Assembly: GCA_051362555.1 (NCBI GenBank)
Contig: CM120646.1
Coordinates: 24,118,001 to 24,182,000 of the forward strand
DNA from: Lingula anatina
Lineage: Eukaryota > Animalia > Brachiopoda
Length of the DNA stretch: 64,000 nt
Direction of reading: 5' to 3'
Part shown: in pieces, positions 48,101 through 61,855 of the stretch
Layout: every line of letters begins with the position of its first letter
Position numbering within the stretch: the stretch's first letter is position 1
Translations under genes and position numbers: made by a program
The notes under the pieces: generated by a model
The model's database searches: none
What the model was told of the DNA's origin: nothing
What the model saw: only the letters and a program-made list of their open reading frames with translations

Positions 48101-50648
48101 ACGCATGTTACTGTTAATACATTTATTTATTACATATCCTTTTGTGACATTGGTTTGCTGTTGACTAGTATCTCCCTTTGATACATTTTTTTTTTCTAAG
48201 CTCGGTGCTTGAGTTCTGTTGTTACTTAAAATTATCTGTTATACAGCAGACGTGGATGCAGCTACGAGTATCTGCTTGGTAAGATAAGACTCCTCTGCCT
48301 GTCCCTCCCCCTTCCTCCCGCCCCCCCCTCCCCCCCCCCCCCCCCCCCCCCCCCCGCCTCTACCGTTATCTATGGTGTTTATTGGGATGAAAAGCCGCCA
48401 ACTACGACACCAAGGGGAACAACTTTGTGAAAAAGACACAAAATTTAAAACAAACAAAAAACTCCCTGCAATATACTAGAGCGGAACATAATTGTGACAT
48501 CTATATTTAAACGTTACAAAGTAAAGCAAGACGTCCCCGAGGGACATTATCTTATTTGAAGATGATGTCTGCGTCAACGCGAGTAAAAATAATAACAACG
48601 CGGATAGTTCTCACATGAATTTAAGGCAGAGACAAGGAAGGTATTTGAATGAAGACTTTGAAAATAGCCCAGATTAGTTTAGATCTATGTTCCTGGTTCT
48701 GTGCATGTATTAGTGCCAGTCGTAGACAAAGGCCCCTGTCAGAGAATACGAGTGAGAACGCGGCACTGACACCATCAACATCGCGGTCACGTTCTCGGCT
48801 AACATCTCGCACGCTTCAATTAACAAGATAACAGATCAAGCAAGGCCCTCCTCTCCTCTTAATGACCCACCTGGCGTCCATTGCCCCAGATCCAGGCTTC
48901 TTGACCTGTGGTGACATGACGCCGCACGTGGGGACCTCCCTCCCTCCTCTCTTGCCACGGTGGGACAGGTAGAAACCAGCTTTTCTCGCACCCTTTTTGT
49001 CTTCCACGACAGTCGTAACTTAACAGATTTAACTTTCACGCCTGCGAGCTTCATATCTTAGAACATAAGACAATAATATGGAAGAAACGTGCCCTTCACT
49101 TTCCCCATCATCGCCGTCTTCTTGCAAACGATACTCTGAAGCTGCTGCTGTGTGTGCAGTGATTACCTAGCACTGGCAGTGCCTGCAGACGCTGTCGTCG
49201 TCGTGGACGCGCAGTAATTAGAGGTGTATTGATGATGGATGGGACGTTGACGTGATGGGCCCTTAATTAAAATGATCGGATTTTTTGGTCGATTGTCGGA
49301 TATCACGTTCCTGGGTGCCATTAAACAAAAACCTATCAGCATGAATTGTATTGACGCGCTCTATTTCTCACTGCAATAAAGCCCTTTACATATGTGAAAT
49401 TAAGGTTAAAAACTTGTTTCAGAAGTCGGTCATTTCTGCTCCATACCACCCAGTTGTTCGCTTCCCAATTTTAACATTTTCATAAACGTCCGTCTGATAC
49501 GAAGAAGACGTTTTGAATACAAACAAGACAAAGACTGGTAGTACATCTATTGACTATCGCTCCATCAAGTCCACAGTGACTGCTGTCCTAGCCATGACAC
49601 CGAGCACTTACCGAACTTCCAGGCTTCAGTCATCGGAAGTAGATAGCTGTGGTAGAACTGAACAACAAGCCACCCCTTTCTATCCCGCATACACATGTCC
49701 ATTACCAGCAACAAAAAAACCAGACCATGTGCTCTTCCATTTTACGAGACACATGTCAGGGAAGATAAATTGAAATTAATTGCAAATCACCTATAATTGC
49801 ACTCTGTCCCATTACCACCTGACCTGCATGCCACAAGGAGCAACATACACAGGACCCAAAATGTTTGTCAACAGTGCCCAAAGTCATGCTCTTTGTTTTA
49901 CGCAATGAACAATCTAAACTATTACCAATGAGCTTAAAAAGTGATCAGATTACTTATGCCTAACTAACTTATAAAATATCCTGAATAGTTTTGGGTAAAT
50001 TTGAGAGAAAATAAGGGTTGAAAAATTTGGAGAGCCCTGTACTTTCTCCTCGAGCCCCATATCCAAATGTAATTACAGTCACGATAAAAAACAGCGACAT
50101 TTATAACCTTCACAACGCATTAAATGAACATGAAAGTGCAAAATATGTGCTGTACTCTATCTACCAGGAGTGCTATAAACACCTAAAGAACACAAAGCCA
50201 CCTGATGGACAACTTTTTAATAAAACTTGTATTTCAAAAGCTTTGACATTCGAGTCCTAAATCAAAACGTAGGGAAAATTATTTTTCCCATCAAAGCCGT
50301 TATTTTGCAAAACAAAACAAAACCTAGTCCCTCACGCGATCTCACGGTCACATTAGTTTCCTTACTGCTACCAGGTGATGGATGTGACGGCATTGCAGGA
50401 ACACACAGATCCAGTCTGGCATTTATTTGCTGTAGCTCAGGAGAATTATACTCCGTGAAACCATCTTAAGGCCCAGAGGAAAACACTGAATAATTGAAAC
50501 GAAATATTTTACTGCATTGATTTATTTGCACTCAAGAAGGACATAAATGTGTGTCCTTTTTACTTTATCCAAAACAGTTTAAGTATTTGTTTATTGCTGG
50601 AGTTCCCTTTTAAACTTAAATAATTTGATTTTGGGACGCCAACAAGTG

Positions 50649-50653
50649 CTCTC

Positions 50654-50695
<42 letters not shown>

Positions 50696-50950
50696 CGTAA
50701 CTGTTAATGCCTTAAGACTGACGTTGCACTACCTGCCCTCACTAAATCCTGGCTTAATGATCAACAGAATTGTTATTGTTGTCATATTTCCGATAAGAAC
50801 ACTGTAATAAAAAGGATTAACCTACGAAAACATCAAATTCCTCTCAAGTGATCGATAAGCGATCATTTTCTCAGCCGTCGTTGTTACAAGACAACAAGCA
50901 GTCCTATGCTACATGGGCGCAAACTGTCTTAATAGTCTTCAAACCTGATG

Positions 50951-50993
<43 letters not shown>

Positions 50994-51492
50994 ACCTTAA
51001 GATATCATCTACATGTAGTCTCCAGCTCAGTGTTAAAGCAATCCAGCCGGTCCTGCCTGTAAGCAGACTGACTGCGTGGAATAGTGTGACAGCGACCGGA
51101 GACAGTGCTTATTTTCCCAGTAGACGTATCCCCCCAGGAAACAGTTCACAAAAGACTGGTTAGCAAAGAATGCGAACACGAGAAGTTTTGGGTCGTCAAC
51201 AGCGACCTCTACCACCTTACCTTCGGGAAATCAGCCACCAAGCATATAATTCGCCATCTAACTGCTTATTACTATATCATAAGTCTTTGTGTTCAGATAT
51301 TTGGAAAGGTTACTTTTTTCTTTGGTTGTGGCTGTGTTTTTTCAGTGATTTCTCGCTTTGTTTGTTATAAAAGATAACGACGTGATAACTGTGAGATAAG
51401 TTGTACTATTACCGTATCTACATAGCTGAATGTAACTGTCACGACAAAACTCAGGACACTGGTGATACATTCTGGTTGAAATACGGAAATCA

Positions 51493-51553
<61 letters not shown>

Positions 51554-52403
51554 ACACACACACTCTCTCTCGCTTTCCCTTCCTTGTTCGCCCATGGGTG
51601 TTCCTGATAATATAGTTTTGTTAGTAAAATGTATTAGACATATATAACTGAATGCGGTGTATCAACTCTCCCCACGGACATGGGACACCAGAGAAATCAT
51701 CACTAATTAAGAACTGCCACCTAGTAATGTATGAATCACTGAGGATTCAATAAGGATTGACGACACCCTTGAGAATCGGTTTAAAAAATGAAAAAGACAA
51801 CATACCACATTTAGTTATTATTATTTGTGATTGATGGCTGCAAGAAGGCGCTAGTTCATCATGAAGAAAATACCTCTGTAACATGATGCACAATGGGTGT
51901 GTAATAACATTTAACTCAGTGAGCACGGAAACGCGTTCTCCAATATGAAACACTCAATTAAGTCCAGATTATCAAAAAAGACATCCCAGCATTACAAACA
52001 ACAGAGTCAATGTTGATACAGCACTGGTGTCCAGCCTTCGGCCTTCATTTCACCAACTTTCTCAGACGCTCAGAGCACTTCAAACACTTCCAGCACACAC
52101 CAACTCTCTTGACAACAACCCGTAGACACGAAGAGCGCTTTAAAACATGTTTTCTCAATAACCCTGCGAGTTTTGAAAAATCCTCCAATATTTTGCATTA
52201 CTTGCACCCTGAAAAACGAAGTGGTGGAATTTCATCGCTTCCAGCTCAAATATCGTCATCAAATGATGCAGCTCCAATTTTCATATTTGCGGCGGATGTC
52301 GTGACCAAGACGACCCCTGGAGGGGAAGGTGGGAATAACTTTGGTAAATCCAGAGAGGAGATTTATAAAACATAGTACGTGATGCTATTTTACTAGCTAT
52401 TGA

Positions 52404-52443
<40 letters not shown>
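50649..52443. repeat. Cluster of dinucleotide microsatellites: (CT)n ~50649-50691, (GA)n ~50954-50991, (CT)n(CA)n ~51493-51571, (GA)n ~52407-52443
   Basis: Direct reading. Confidence 0.9.
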
Positions 52444-52446
<3 letters not shown>

Positions 52447-52937
52447 CTAACACAGCTGATCTAACTGGACCATTCTTATGACTATCTACATGAATATAAA
52501 CTGTACTGACCTTTAAGTAACAATAAAATGTATATATGCTGTACTAGCCCGACAACATAGAGCTTACATATGACATTTGTTTGGTTCATTAGCACAATAT
52601 GCTCCACCTGGTTAATCCATTTGCAAGAGTGCTACATTCAAGCTGGTTGAGACAACTGCTTCATAAGATATGGCAGAGACAAGTCTACGTTGAATCTAGC
52701 TGAGTGAATTGCGATAGGTGTGCCAGCATTGTGCTCACATTGCGCCGCGTGCCGTTGTCACGTCTGCTCTTTATACATGGGTTTTATGATATCACAGGAT
52801 GCTGCCTGCAGCATTTCACCGCCATAGTGTTTAGCATTAGTTTTATAAAGAAATACGCACTGACGAACTATAAAGTTATGTCCAGTATTTCCATTCCTGC
52901 TTTTTGGCCACAGGAATCTGAAGTTAGCTTTCTATGC

Positions 52938-53099
52938 CAGGACCGTAGCAAGGAATTTCAAGAGGGGGGGTTCTTTTCTCTGAAAAAGTGGACCTTTTTC
53001 CATGAAACCTATGTGTGCCAAAAAAAAAATCACCCAGAGTGGACCTTTTCTTAGAAAGTAGTCTTTCGAACCCCCTGACCCCCCCTGGCTACGGGACTG
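52938..53099. mobile_element. Short MITE with ~12-bp imperfect TIRs
   Basis: CAGGACCGTAGC ... GCTACGGGACTG, with subterminal G-run and C-run. Flanks TATGC/TATTC resemble a 5-bp TSD with one mismatch. Confidence 0.6.
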
Positions 53100-56000
53100 T
53101 ATTCAGCCCTGTTGTTTCAAATGTGCATGTTAAAGTTTATAATTTGTTACCGGACAAAGAAATAAAGGTAAAAATGCTTTGTCAAATTATGTTATAATAA
53201 ATGTGTGTCGCCCACCTCACACTGCTGTTTGTCCAACATTCTGACAGTGCTGTTCTGTTTTCAACTTGGAGCAGAGGTTGAAGTGCAAAGTGTTCTAAAC
53301 GTAACTTGTCAATGTAGAGAGTAAATATACCTCATGTCACTGAGACTGGTATAAAATAGGTACTGCTATGTTACCACGATCCCTGTCACTACGTCACCGG
53401 GCACTTCGTCACCCGGCACAGCGGTGGACACTTCTTTGTACGGCTTCAACGGCGGGTTTGTTCTCGGTCTAAGGCATGGAAAAAGCTTCAGGATACTGAT
53501 ACCTCTATTGTTGTCATATTTTCATAACTGACATTTCCCGGGTTTTTTTTTTTTTTTTTCGTTCTTGTCAGTAGCCAAATATCATCCTGTGACGAGATCA
53601 TCAGAGCAGTGAGGCTGTTACTCGGAAAACAGGAAGACCGCTATCCGAGGGCACTGCGTACGAAGAATAAAGAAATCTTTATAAAATTGAAAAATGTCTT
53701 TCTGACAAAGAGGTAACACGAAGCGTACCACCGCTAACACACAACAGGATGACAATGTGGCAGGGTGACCGCAGATCTGTTAATATTGACACTGCCTGCC
53801 CGACTGTAACTCCATTATCACACGTCAGCAAGAACTGGGGGGGAAACCATTGATATTTTAACGACATGGCTGCCGGTTTACCACCTAATTTCTTAGTGCT
53901 ATTGTATCTTTTATCTTGACATTTAGTTGTCGGATTATCCTAACGAGGTAGAAACAAATCGCTTGGTTACCGTGGGTCGTGCTCATGTACCATCATTTGT
54001 GGTTAAAGCACGAGATCTCGTACCTTAACCTGGGTACTGCTGGGTGCAACAAAGTGATCATTAAGTACAATTTTTAATAAAGCATAATTGGCAGGTAGAC
54101 TTCACAATTACTTCATTTTACAAACACCGAGTTGAGATGGAGTCTTGTCAGCGTCCTGCATTGACCAGCTTTGTGTGGCTTCTTTGCGGATAGCAGATTT
54201 CACACTGACTTTGCTTTGGGTCATCCAATAATAGCTGGAAATCCTGCGTGAAGCATGACTCTGCCCGCCTACTGGGCCTATATAGGCCTACTGTATGCTA
54301 TCTACAACCTACTTACCAGTGCAGGTCCTTGACTGCACCACGAAACACGAGCTGTCATGTGGAACCCACACGGATCATTATACTCCAAATTCACCCCGCT
54401 GTTAATAGCCATTTCGGATAAGATGAAACAAACGCTGAGCACACGGTATGACTGTCATGAACGTTAATACCATGTCTCAGTCCACCGTGTTACTACCGCG
54501 TCTTTAAGTCCACTAATACTCCCTAGGTGTGTGTGTGTGCACAAATTCCTAACTCTTAGCGACAACTTGTAAATAAAGATACCACGTTTGCCTCGAGAGG
54601 TACGAAATGCAACCATTACTGAATTAAAAAAAAACAACTTCAAGTTAGATACTTGAACTAAAAGGCAATAGTGAAGGGTTTTTAATTAATATGATAATTT
54701 TCAAACAATGATTTGCTTAAATTATACGTTTCCCCAAAGATGCTGTCCACGGACACAGTTTAGCCGCTGATAGGAAACATGAGTTGGTTCAGGTACTGTT
54801 ACACTTGGCGTATAGCACTAACGTAGATGAAAAATGTCCATAACGCAGACAAACGCAAGGGGTTCATTAGAGTTACGTCGTATACGTCTCGAGTACGCAA
54901 ACAAACGTTGGTATATTTTCGCATACGCGAAGGGAAATACAATGTTTTGAACATGATCAAGAGCATCTTCATACGCTGCTTATATGTTCGTTTTCATACG
55001 CTGGAAAAAGGGTGATTACATACACTCAAAATTGTGCGTATAAGCGATTCTCACAAACGATACTCATACATACCTCTATACTTTACAGTGTGCCAGAGCC
55101 TGTAGAAACCCAACAGTCAATCCACGTTCAAAATAAAACAGATGTTGTCTATTTGGGGATGTATTCCTACGTACGACTTCAAATAATGGCACTGTGTTCA
55201 CTGGAACAACTCTTCCTTAACCCTCATGGAGGTACATTTGGGAGTAAATCTGACACATTACACTAGGTGTAAGCAATAATCCTACATGCCAGTCTCTGCA
55301 CACGCCCCCCGCACCCCCCCCCCCCGCACCCCCTTCCCCGGCACACCACCTCTCCCCCCCCCCCCCAATCCTGCTACATGTCTTCAACATGCAAATGGTC
55401 AATTAATCGACTTCCATGACTGAGAACCCAACTAACAATTCCATTATCAAGAACACCAACCATGTTGGTTAATGACTCAATGGGAAGGACACTCGCTTTT
55501 TATCCGGCCATTAAAACAATGCAGTGACCAGTCAAGGCTATTTCACTATAACTATCGCTTTGTCTTTTAATTAGCAACCGGCGTTTGCTTACACGGTCAG
55601 CTGCTCTGCTAGAGAAATAGGAAGTTGATGAATTGCTGATTTTTTGTTAATGTGAAAATAATTAGCTTAAGCTGCTCTGCAGATGCTGGTGTTAGAAACG
55701 CCCTGTGTTCGTGGTCAGTGTGAGACAGCTACAGGAAACACGGCATGAACTATGGCCAGAGTAGAAAACCGTTTAACGTGTAAAAAAACTGTTCATATAT
55801 CCCTGGACCGCAGAATAAAACAACGCAGCTCACACGACATGGTCGCTCACCCAACCTATCTATTGCAAATATAGTTCTAGGTAATTCACTTTCCCTCACC
55901 TACCTTGCCTGCATGTCCCGTTATCCAGCGCTCGTTCTCCCTGGGACGCACTGTGACACAAAATTCTAAATTGCTCATCCCCAGGAGACACAGTTCTAAG

Positions 56001-59000
56001 CCGCTGCTGCCTCGTACAGTTACATCGAGCACCCTTGTACTGTTTTCAAATAGAGATCTGGGTGGCCGCCGAGAAGCCGTCAGCTGAACTTGTTTAAATG
56101 TACCTGCCCTGGCCCCACTTCTAAAACACTCTCCAGGCTGAGTTCACTATTCAGCGTATTATCCGGCTATTATAACTCAGTGATGACAGATTACACTGCA
56201 AACCCAAACCACTTCACACGGCAGCTGTGAGAGAAGAACCCAATATTCCTATTCCTGGCCCCATCTACTACACTAACTACGTCAACATGGATGATGTAAC
56301 GTCTTCATCCCAAAAACGTTGTCAACGAAGACAATCCATGCTTAGGGCATGTAAAATAGCTACAATATTTCCATCAGGCCCTATTTATGGATATAAACAA
56401 GTGTCTTCTGCAGGTTAGGGACGTGACAATGCTGAATACTCCAGTTTACAGGTGTTACGTCTCTATAATGAAGAATGTTGTGTAAATAATACCGTAATGT
56501 TGTCATGCACTGGGAGCCAGGTCAGTATCGACGGGGGAGGGGGGGGGAGGTGAAGGGGGGAGGAGGCAGCGAGGCAGGGGCAGGTTGATTGTGTTACTCT
56601 CTTAGATGTTACAGCACTACCGCCCGCTGTGTAATAAAATAGTGAATTACGCTGTTTTGAATATCAATTTTCTGTCACATCTTTCACACTTTTCTCTTTC
56701 AAGTGTGACCGTGTGATTGTCCCGCAGCGTGCCACAGATGGACTTAAAAAGAAAAAGACTGAATGATGTCGATATATATTTTACAAAATGTCTTCGTGAT
56801 TTCATGTTTTTATAAGTACACAACATAGAACCATCTTGGCACGACCGCAACGCTTCTTACTCTTACTGCCTACATCCAGTTCTCCCCTTCATCAAGTGCT
56901 TTATCGCGTCCAACTTTCCCACTCCGGTGTGTTTAATATTTCACACTTTCTTTCAGCGTTAATTTCCATCATTACTCCCTGGAGTGTTAAAATCGAATGA
57001 ACAATCTTAACACGAGCTATAAACGACATGGGATATTTTCCAGTAAAGAAGAGGGCATATGTATATATATATACTACCATATGTATATATACTACCATAT
57101 GTATATATACTTTCAGAGTGGCACTGCTAAAACTACGCAATACCGCACTAGAACTTTCACCACCGTGACTCGTATTTTTGCTATTACTGAAGGTTCCATA
57201 GAAAGTAACAACATGCAAGCTCTGCCTATGAAACTCCATGTTCTAGCCGTCTCTTTTGACATCTTGCCCTCGTCAAGGATATGAAAATCTGACTTTGTTC
57301 AGTGGTTACCGTCAAGTAGGCTTAATATTATAGATCGAGTCTCGCGGCGTAATTATCAAGTGTGAGAAAATCGAAGTTTTTGCTCTACATCGTTAGAGTG
57401 CGGCTGCATTGTTGACAAAATTTCCAACAACAGACATTTGCATCTGTACTTGTTTACTTGTTGGAATCCCACGGTTCAATCATTATTCTGCAGTCTACCA
57501 GACCTTCTCTGATAACCTCGTGAAAATCAACCTACCTTGCAAACCCCAAGATTGATAAAATAACATTTTCCAAAGGTCACCAGACGGCATCTGAGCTAGT
57601 CGATCTTAAGACAGCCAATTACTGCTAATTTTCACCAAATTATCTGATGTAGTAGAATAACGTGGGAAGCCACAAAAATCTAGGTTCATAGGTAAAATAC
57701 TCCCAGTAAAACATCTAAAGAACGTCACCTGACACTGCGGTGTCGTAACAATTGCATATTGCTGATGTCGGCACACAACTGTGAAAACAACCGGTTTGTA
57801 TTCTCTCACAATTCCAAAATTACTCAGTCAGACAAGAACAGACATGTTGCTGTTTTCAGTAAACGACAAAGATTGGGAAGATTTCCGGGCAGACGATAAC
57901 TTCGCCCCACTAAATCATAGACCATGTTGGTTTGGATTTGAAGCAAAATGTGGGTATCCCTCCTTCAAAAACCAATATGAATTTCTGCCCTCTATGTTTA
58001 CGATAGCTAACTGATACATCTATTACCACCCGTCTGTCATTCATTATTTTTCTCTTATGTAAAAAACACAGAAGTAGCCTAGACAGCGAATATTGTTTAA
58101 ACATGTAACATTGTAAGCTGGGTAAATTATCATTATTATAACTATCACAAACACCAATTTGACAAACATCTGAGTTAAAAAGTCGATGTGTAATCTTACC
58201 TGTGTTGCCGCACAAACGTCTGTGAATGTCTTCGGCGGGCACACACAGTCGTGCAGAATAGAGAGTCCTCTGTCTGAAATATGAAAATGACGCTCATAAA
58301 ATACCCAGCTTCCTTTTCAAAGAATCAGGTGGACTTAAGAATACACGTGTTAAACTGCTGGCAACTTTGCTTCCACTGGCTCAGTTCTTGGGCAGTAACA
58401 CCCTGTTGGGGTTGACTTAGAAGGGATTATAGCGGATTAAGACTCCGGTCTCCGGGGTGTCCAAGATACCCGGCTCTAGGATACGGGAGATCACGGGATT
58501 CTGGGGCTTCTGGTTTATTTCCCTATTTAAGGAAAACAAAACCAGATTAAGATCATTCGAAATATCTGAAAATTAGTAATTCATTAATTGGGATAAGTAG
58601 TAAAACATATCAGTGAGCACCTATATTCTGTAAACATAAAGCGTGTCCTTATAACAACGCATTTTAACTGGACTGGCTACTTTCACTTACGTGCTCTCTC
58701 TATCTCCGCTCAAGTTCACTGATACCTTCCCTTTGATTTTCTGCGACATAGGGCTATACACGGTGTGTCAAAAAGACCAGAACAACCTCTGTTAGAATAG
58801 TATGATATATCAACCGGTCAAAGGCAGTGTCGTAGAACAAGTGAACGGTCAATGGAGAAAGCAATGCACCACTCAACACGTAGAACGTTTAAAAGGTCAT
58901 TTGGTCGGTGCACTTCAGACAGAGGAACTGACCCGTGCAAGTGCATTAAAAAGCCGACGAAGGAAACTCCGTCTGTTAACAATATCTATTCCAATACCAA

Positions 59001-59783
59001 AACCCACGAATGTTTTATTGAAAATGTGAGCTTGTCACTGCCCCTCCCACCCGCCTGTTTCTCTGCCGACAGCATTCAAACTTGTCGGTCAAACATATGA
59101 CATCTTACATATGCCAGCACAAAGCGTTTGGTGACAGATGCCTTGCTCAGTGTGCTCCTCGCCAGGGACACGGTATCTTCACGGCGTTGTCTGTTGTAAA
59201 CATGTGTGTGCCCCACGATGTCCGGGCACTCTTTCTTTAGACCTCTCAGGCAGTGTGACTAGGAATATTAACAACTCCGCATGCGTTCCGCCCCTCCATT
59301 ACAAGTTACGTCGCCTTCTTAGCCTGCACGAGCACGTTACGTCAGCTTACAACTTCATTACACACGCTAGCATATACCTGCTAATTAGATTTCCGAAACT
59401 TTGATTCTTCCTCTAATCATTGTCCCTGGGGACTCATCCATTAACACTGCTCATAACCTTGCACTCGTAAATAGAGTTAAGGAGCTTTTTTACCTATAAA
59501 AAAATAAAGCAGGTCTTGTGATTGATAACTTTTACGTGACTTTTATATGACTTGTTTAAGCATCAAACCTTCCTTAGTTGAGACAGTTCACTGAACTTCG
59601 GCATGGTGGCAGTGGAAAGCGATGAGAGGTGGTAATGGGTCAACGCTCTATCAAAGTAACAATATAATCTGGTAGACGCGTTTGGTTATATTTCTACAAT
59701 AAATTAAGTACATCAAACAGTAGGCAGTAAATGCAATGTATCGAAACACGCGCCACGAACCCTTCTTTTTGCCTTGAAATAAA

Positions 59784-60613
59784 ACTTCTGTCGAGTGTTG
59801 TACAACAGAGTTCAGCTAAAATAAAACTTAAGTTATAAACCGTATTTATACCATGACTTCAGTCGAATGTTGTACAACAGAGTTCAGCTAAAATAAAACT
59901 TAAGTTATAAACCGTATTTATACCATGACTTCTGTCGAGTGTTGTACAACAGAGTTCAGCTAAAATAAAACGTAAGTTATAAACCGTATTTATACCATGA
60001 CTTCAGTCGAATGTTGTACAACAGAGTTCAGCTAAAATAAAACTTAAGTTATAAACCGTATTTATACCATGACTTCTGTCGAGTGTTGTACAACAGAGTT
60101 CAGCTAAAATAAAACTTAAGTTATAAACCGTATTTATACCATGACTTCTGTCGAGTGTTGTACAACAGAGTTCAGCTAAAATAAAACTTAAGTTATAAAC
60201 CGTATTTATACCATGACTTCTGTCGAGTGTTGTACAACAGAGTTCAGCTAAAATAAAACCTAAGTTATAAACCGTATTTATACCATGACTTCTGTCGAGT
60301 GTTGTACAACAGAGTTCAGCTAAAATAAAACTAAAGTTATAAACCGTATTCATACCATGACTTCTGTCGAGTGTTGTACAACAGAGTTCAGCTAAAATAA
60401 AACTTAAGTTATAAACCGTATTCATACCATGACTTCTGACGAGTGTTGTACAACAGAGTTCAGCTAAAATAAAACTTAAGTTATAAACCGTATTTATACC
60501 ATGACTTCTGTCGAATGTTGTACAACAGAGTTCAGCTAAAATAAAACTAAAGTTATAAACCGTATTTATACCATGACTTCTGTCGAGTGTTGTACAACAG
60601 AGTTCAGCTAAAA
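59784..60613. repeat. Minisatellite, 72-bp unit, ~11.5 copies
   Basis: Unit ACTTCTGTCGAGTGTTGTACAACAGAGTTCAGCTAAAATAAAACTTAAGTTATAAACCGTATTTATACCATG repeats every 72 bp from 59784 with 0-2 substitutions per unit and no spacers. Confidence 0.98.
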
Positions 60614-61653
60614 GCCTCTTTTGAACACTTCAATTTATAAAGAGTGAGGCGAATAGTCAAAAGTTCTTTTCTTAACATAAATAACAAATAAAGGGAAGCT
60701 ATTTTAGTTATCTGAATATGATAATTTTTTTTCTTAAATTTACAGACTCCGCGGTTAAAAAACCTTCCAAGTTTTTTACAGTAACTGTCAAATGATTCAT
60801 CTGCCCCGAGGGGACGGGAAGATCTGCCACGTTATGTATTTATTTGTCTTTTATATGCAACCGAATCGATTCACTTTAAAAAGCTTTTACCAGTAAACGA
60901 AACTCCTAAGTTGAGAGCACCTCGGCAAGTCGTTTATTTGTCCCTAGCAAGACGTCTGCTTGCAATCTGCAGAACCACTCTGCAATCAAAATACACTTCA
61001 GACCCCGATAACATATCGCAAGATCCTTTTTAGACTAATTAAAGCCTACTGAACATCTCGGCGTCTGTGATGGACTAGGTTGGTGCTCTACATCGTTAGT
61101 GTACTCTGTGTCTCGATGTTCCCAGGTACTGTATATGAAGACAGACCTGGGGTCGCGGTGACCACTTACCTGCAGGACGTGACCGTGTGTTGTGTAGTAG
61201 GTTTTGATCATGGAAATCGACTCAGTTTGTAAAACATGTGGCTTCTTGGCTTTGTTATTGTGGTATTAATTGACTACAAACCACCTTCTGTCCCGCTAAT
61301 TAACACCAACCACGGCACGTGCTGAAATCTAAACTCAACTGGCGGATTAACCATCTCTGGAGTTCTTCTTAAGTGTTATTCTCAGGTTTTCACAGTTGTT
61401 TCCTGCTAATAATAGCAAGAGTTGATTTACCTTCCGAGCAAAACGATCAAACGTCCTGTCCACTAGCTGTGATACAGAGCACTCCAGTACTGCCATATGG
61501 CAGTGAATGAACGGCTAATACTGACCTATTGTAATCAAATTAAATCCTAATTAGTAGCAAAGGCGGTGACTTTTATATCTACACGTGTGATAATAGGAAA
61601 AACATACCAGTACTTGTACTCATAAAATGATATACTGATACCAATACAGAGTG

Positions 61654-61696
61654 ACACACACACACACACACTCACACACACACACACACACACACA
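61654..61696. repeat. (CA)n microsatellite
   Basis: Direct reading. Confidence 0.9.
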
Positions 61697-61741
61697 GAGG
61701 AAATTTCAAAAGTCAGATGTAAGCCATAATGACTCACTTGA

Positions 61742-61855
61742 AAATTACTATTTCATTAACACCGGTGAAACTTACTGTGATAGATATCTAATGTAGAAAT
61801 GACTACTTCATTAACACCGGTGAAACTTACTGTGATAGATATCTAATGTAAAAAT
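61742..61855. repeat. Two-copy direct repeat, 55-bp period
   Basis: TTCATTAACACCGGTGAAACTTACTGTGATAGATATCTAATGTA at 61752 and 61807. Confidence 0.9.

Noticed and set aside
58802-59029. SVVEQVNGQWRK resembling the Harbinger transposase VERxIGxxKxRF motif
   Set aside because: A single weak motif with no other catalytic motifs or TIRs.
60003-60425. 140-aa repetitive ORF (NTVYNLSFILAELCCTTLDRSHG)n
   Set aside because: By-product of a 72-bp (3n) minisatellite; variant units introduce stops, and there is no unique coding flank or splice context.
59784-60613. CRISPR-like appearance of a regular array with palindromic repeats
   Set aside because: Units are contiguous and near-identical with no unique spacers, there are no cas genes, and the context is eukaryotic.
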